NCBI GenBank assembly: GCA_002269645.1
Contig: NIVC01001049.1
Coordinates: 309,836-373,835 of the forward strand
Direction: 5' to 3'
DNA from: Macrostomum lignano
Lineage: Eukaryota
Length of the DNA: 64,000 nt
Below are positions 61,501 through 64,000 of this stretch, in pieces. Made by a program: the position numbers and the translations under genes. Under the pieces are notes generated by a model. That model saw only the letters and a list, made by a program, of their open reading frames with translations, was not told the origin of the DNA and did no database searches. The stretch's first letter is position 1. Every line of letters starts with the position of its first letter.

Positions 61501-62724
61501 TCCGCTTCGGCTGGGAGTCGCTCAAAGGCACTGTTGGACATGTATGATGCAGAAGATCCAGTGTCCAGAATCATCTTGACCTCTAATCCGTTGAATATTA
61601 GGCTCCTCACGATCCTGGAACCCTCAGGCCCAGAGTGCGGGAGTCTGCAGCACTGAAGTGTAAAGATGCGATCATCAGCGTCGTCTATCAGCCGAACGCC
61701 TGCTCGTTTGTCCGTTCCGCATCCAGGCCCCTTGGACCTGCAGACTGTTTTGAGGTGTCCTGGCTTGCCACAGTTCAAGCAGGACTTTGTTCGATGCTGA
61801 CAGGTTTGCTTTGAGTGTCCACAGCAAAAGCATTTAACCTCGCATCGTCCGCCCTTTTTGCCGCTTTTAGAACCGTTTTCATGTCGAGTTGTCTTCGTAG
61901 GTTTCCCATGACCCGCGTGCCCTCGACTCACGAACAGCACTTCGCCTCCAGCGATTTGTTTTTCTCCTCGGCTGACGCTTCACAAGCGCTGGCGAGCGAG
62001 ATTACCCTCTCAAAGGTGAGATCTGACGCCTTTTCAATCAGTAGCTTCCTGACGATGTTCTTGTTCGCCAGGCCAAACACGAACTGATCTCTCAGCCGCT
62101 CGTTCTGGTCTGAGAAGTTGCAGTTCTCCGCCATGTGACGCAGTAGTCTGGCGTACGCAGGTGCGTCCTCACCGCTGTCTTGCTTCAGGTGATGGAAGGC
62201 GTATCGGTGTGCGATCTCGGACTTTGTTGCTCGAGTTTCCAAGACGAGAAGATCCTTTAACTCGTCGTAGCTCTTGTCCTCGGCTTTCCCGGGAGAGTCG
62301 CATCAGACAGCAGGCCGAAGGCTTTCTTGCCCATCTGTGCGATGAGGGCGAACTTCATGGTGTCGTCCTCCCATTTGTTGATTTTCGCCACCGCCTCGAA
62401 CCTTTAAAACCATCGCCCGATGTCCACTGGAGAGTCGGTCTCCAAGGGCTCGATTTGACCAGCCGTCGTCGCCAGTGTTAAGTTTTGGCCGAAGAATGAT
62501 AACAAATTCAAAGACAACTTTTATGAGCAGCCCTTGGCTTGCTACTTTCTATAACGTTCGCTCGCTCTATAAGCGAGGTGTTTTGGACCTTTTATTTTAT
62601 ACCGCTTACGAGCATAGCTTATGCTTCTCGATGTCGTGGTCTGTATCAAACGGAACGAGTTTGTAACCATAGACATACAGCCACAAAGTAAATTCAGTTA
62701 TAGCTAAGAGCTCGATAGCTCACA
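58536..62724 (-). mobile_element. Full-length but decayed Mag-like Gypsy element (4189 bp), same family as 1-2255, inserted into the Ngaro element
   Basis: LTRs at 58536-58752 and 62476-62724, TSD CAAAG (58531-58535, 62725-62729), PBS and PPT (GTGGAGGAG) present. Gag/PR/RT/RH/IN carry stops and frameshifts. Confidence 0.96.
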
Positions 62725-63580
62725 CAAAGCCACCGGGTGGAGCCAAGCCAGGGCTCTGAGCCACCAGGACAGGTTGGCGCGGGTCTCATCGGTCACCCAA
62801 AGCTTGCAGTCAACAGCAGTTGTCAGCCAGTCGAAGAGCGGACGCAGGAAAACTCTGACATTAGGGACAATCTGACAGAACCAGCCAAGCTTGCCAATCA
62901 GCTTCTGAGCAGAGCGCATGTGCACCCGAGTCTCCGAGCAGGTTTGAGTCAGCAGCTTTGTCGTCTCGAGAGCTTTCTCCTCGGGCAGCGACTTGGTGCG
63001 GTAGCGGTGCTGATGCGCACGCCAAGGAAGTCGATGCATTGCGTAGGTCTGACAACCTTGTCTCAGTTGATGGTAAAGCCGAGGCGCTGCAAGATGTCCA
63101 GCAGGCAATTGAAAGCAGCGAAAGCCTCGGACTCGGATTTCCCAGCGACTGCCCAGTCATCCAAGTGGTTCATTGTAGCAGAAAAGCCAAGCCGGTGCAT
63201 GTGCCGGGTAACGGTGGCTGAAAGACGGTGAAAAACTTCGCAAGCAGCGTTTGCCGAATGGAAGCCTGGTGTCGCAGAGCAGACTGTGTCCTACCGCCAG
63301 GCGAGGCCGACGAGCCGGTAGTCAGCAGGCCTGATTGGCACGGACCTGTAAGCGCTTTTGAGATCAATTTTGGCCATGTAGTGTCCCGGACGGAGATGAC
63401 GAACCAGCTGCTGGACAGTGCAGTACTTGATGTGCTTCTGTTGGTCGTAGAAGTCGTTGACTGACTGGCCGGTCGGATAGGACAGATCATGGATCAGGCG
63501 GACCCGCCCATGGACTTGGGAAGGGCGCCGATGGGGTTGACTTTGATCGGGCCGCTCCACCGGATGTACCTCCCAAGGCG
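62725..63580 (-). mobile_element. Ngaro/DIRS-type element, RT part
   Basis: RLIHDLS, AKIDLKSAYRSV, NHLDD, FLG and LSWW; continuous with 58530 once the Gypsy insert and one TSD are removed. Confidence 0.9.
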
Positions 63581-64000
63581 GCTCCCAAAAGTCCTGATTG
63601 CAAGCTCTTCTGATAATGCGGATATTTGGCTGCCAGTGTCGATACACATTCTTGAGCGGAGATTCCCAATCTTAAACTTCTTGTACCATGAATGACTGCT
63701 GTAAACTGCGATTCCTATAGAAAGAGTCTGGGTAGTTTATCGGTCTCACTGTTGGAATTTTCCAGTTCGTTACAGTGCATTTTCGTAACTCCAGATCGGC
63801 ATACCGTCGCAATTTGACCTTGCTTGCCGCACTTGTTGCATGTTGACTTACCAAAATTAGGTAGATCTTAAGTGTCTTGACTACTTGCCGCAGGAAAAGC
63901 AAACGCCTTTTGAAATTTCTGCATTATGACTCAACCTGGCTTATGTTATGTGCAAATTTGTGTAATTCTTCGTTGGACCGCCGTCGTTGAAATCGAAGAG
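63581..64000 (-). mobile_element. Decayed Gypsy gag-knuckle/protease fragment
   Basis: CFSCGK and CNKCGKQG..VCR knuckles with stops, followed by MCIDTGSQIS. Confidence 0.7.

Overview
This is eukaryotic (animal) genomic DNA, not prokaryotic. Spliced GC3-rich genes, an NPY/NPF gene, short introns, (CAGA)n tracts and intronic minisatellites are consistent with a free-living flatworm such as Macrostomum (inference, not verified). The left half (1-28.5 kb) is gene-rich. It holds the 5' end of a Mag-like Ty3/Gypsy element, two head-to-tail P5CS (ALDH18A1) copies (one complete 9-exon gene; one showing only exons 1-2 before the LTR element), a complete 9-exon Hook gene with an NPY/NPF neuropeptide gene nested antisense in intron 3, a MITE, a LINE remnant and an intronless divergent TRPV-like channel ORF. 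The right half (29.5-64 kb) is almost all transposons: a near-intact THAP P element (94-bp perfect TIRs, 8-bp TSD), a 2-kb foldback element with a minisatellite spacer, and about 28 kb of nested, mostly minus-strand Ty3/Gypsy elements plus a Ngaro-type tyrosine-recombinase retroelement. Top leads: (1) a Gypsy family whose gag appears to start at a CUG overlapping the primer-binding site, where other families have an AUG; (2) a 14x92-bp array copying a Hook exon/intron junction, each unit parsing as a 41-nt GT-AG intron plus an in-frame 51-nt exon; (3) a strand-biased TE cluster preceded by splice signals on the opposite strand (piRNA-cluster-like). All exon coordinates were derived by hand and no searches were run.
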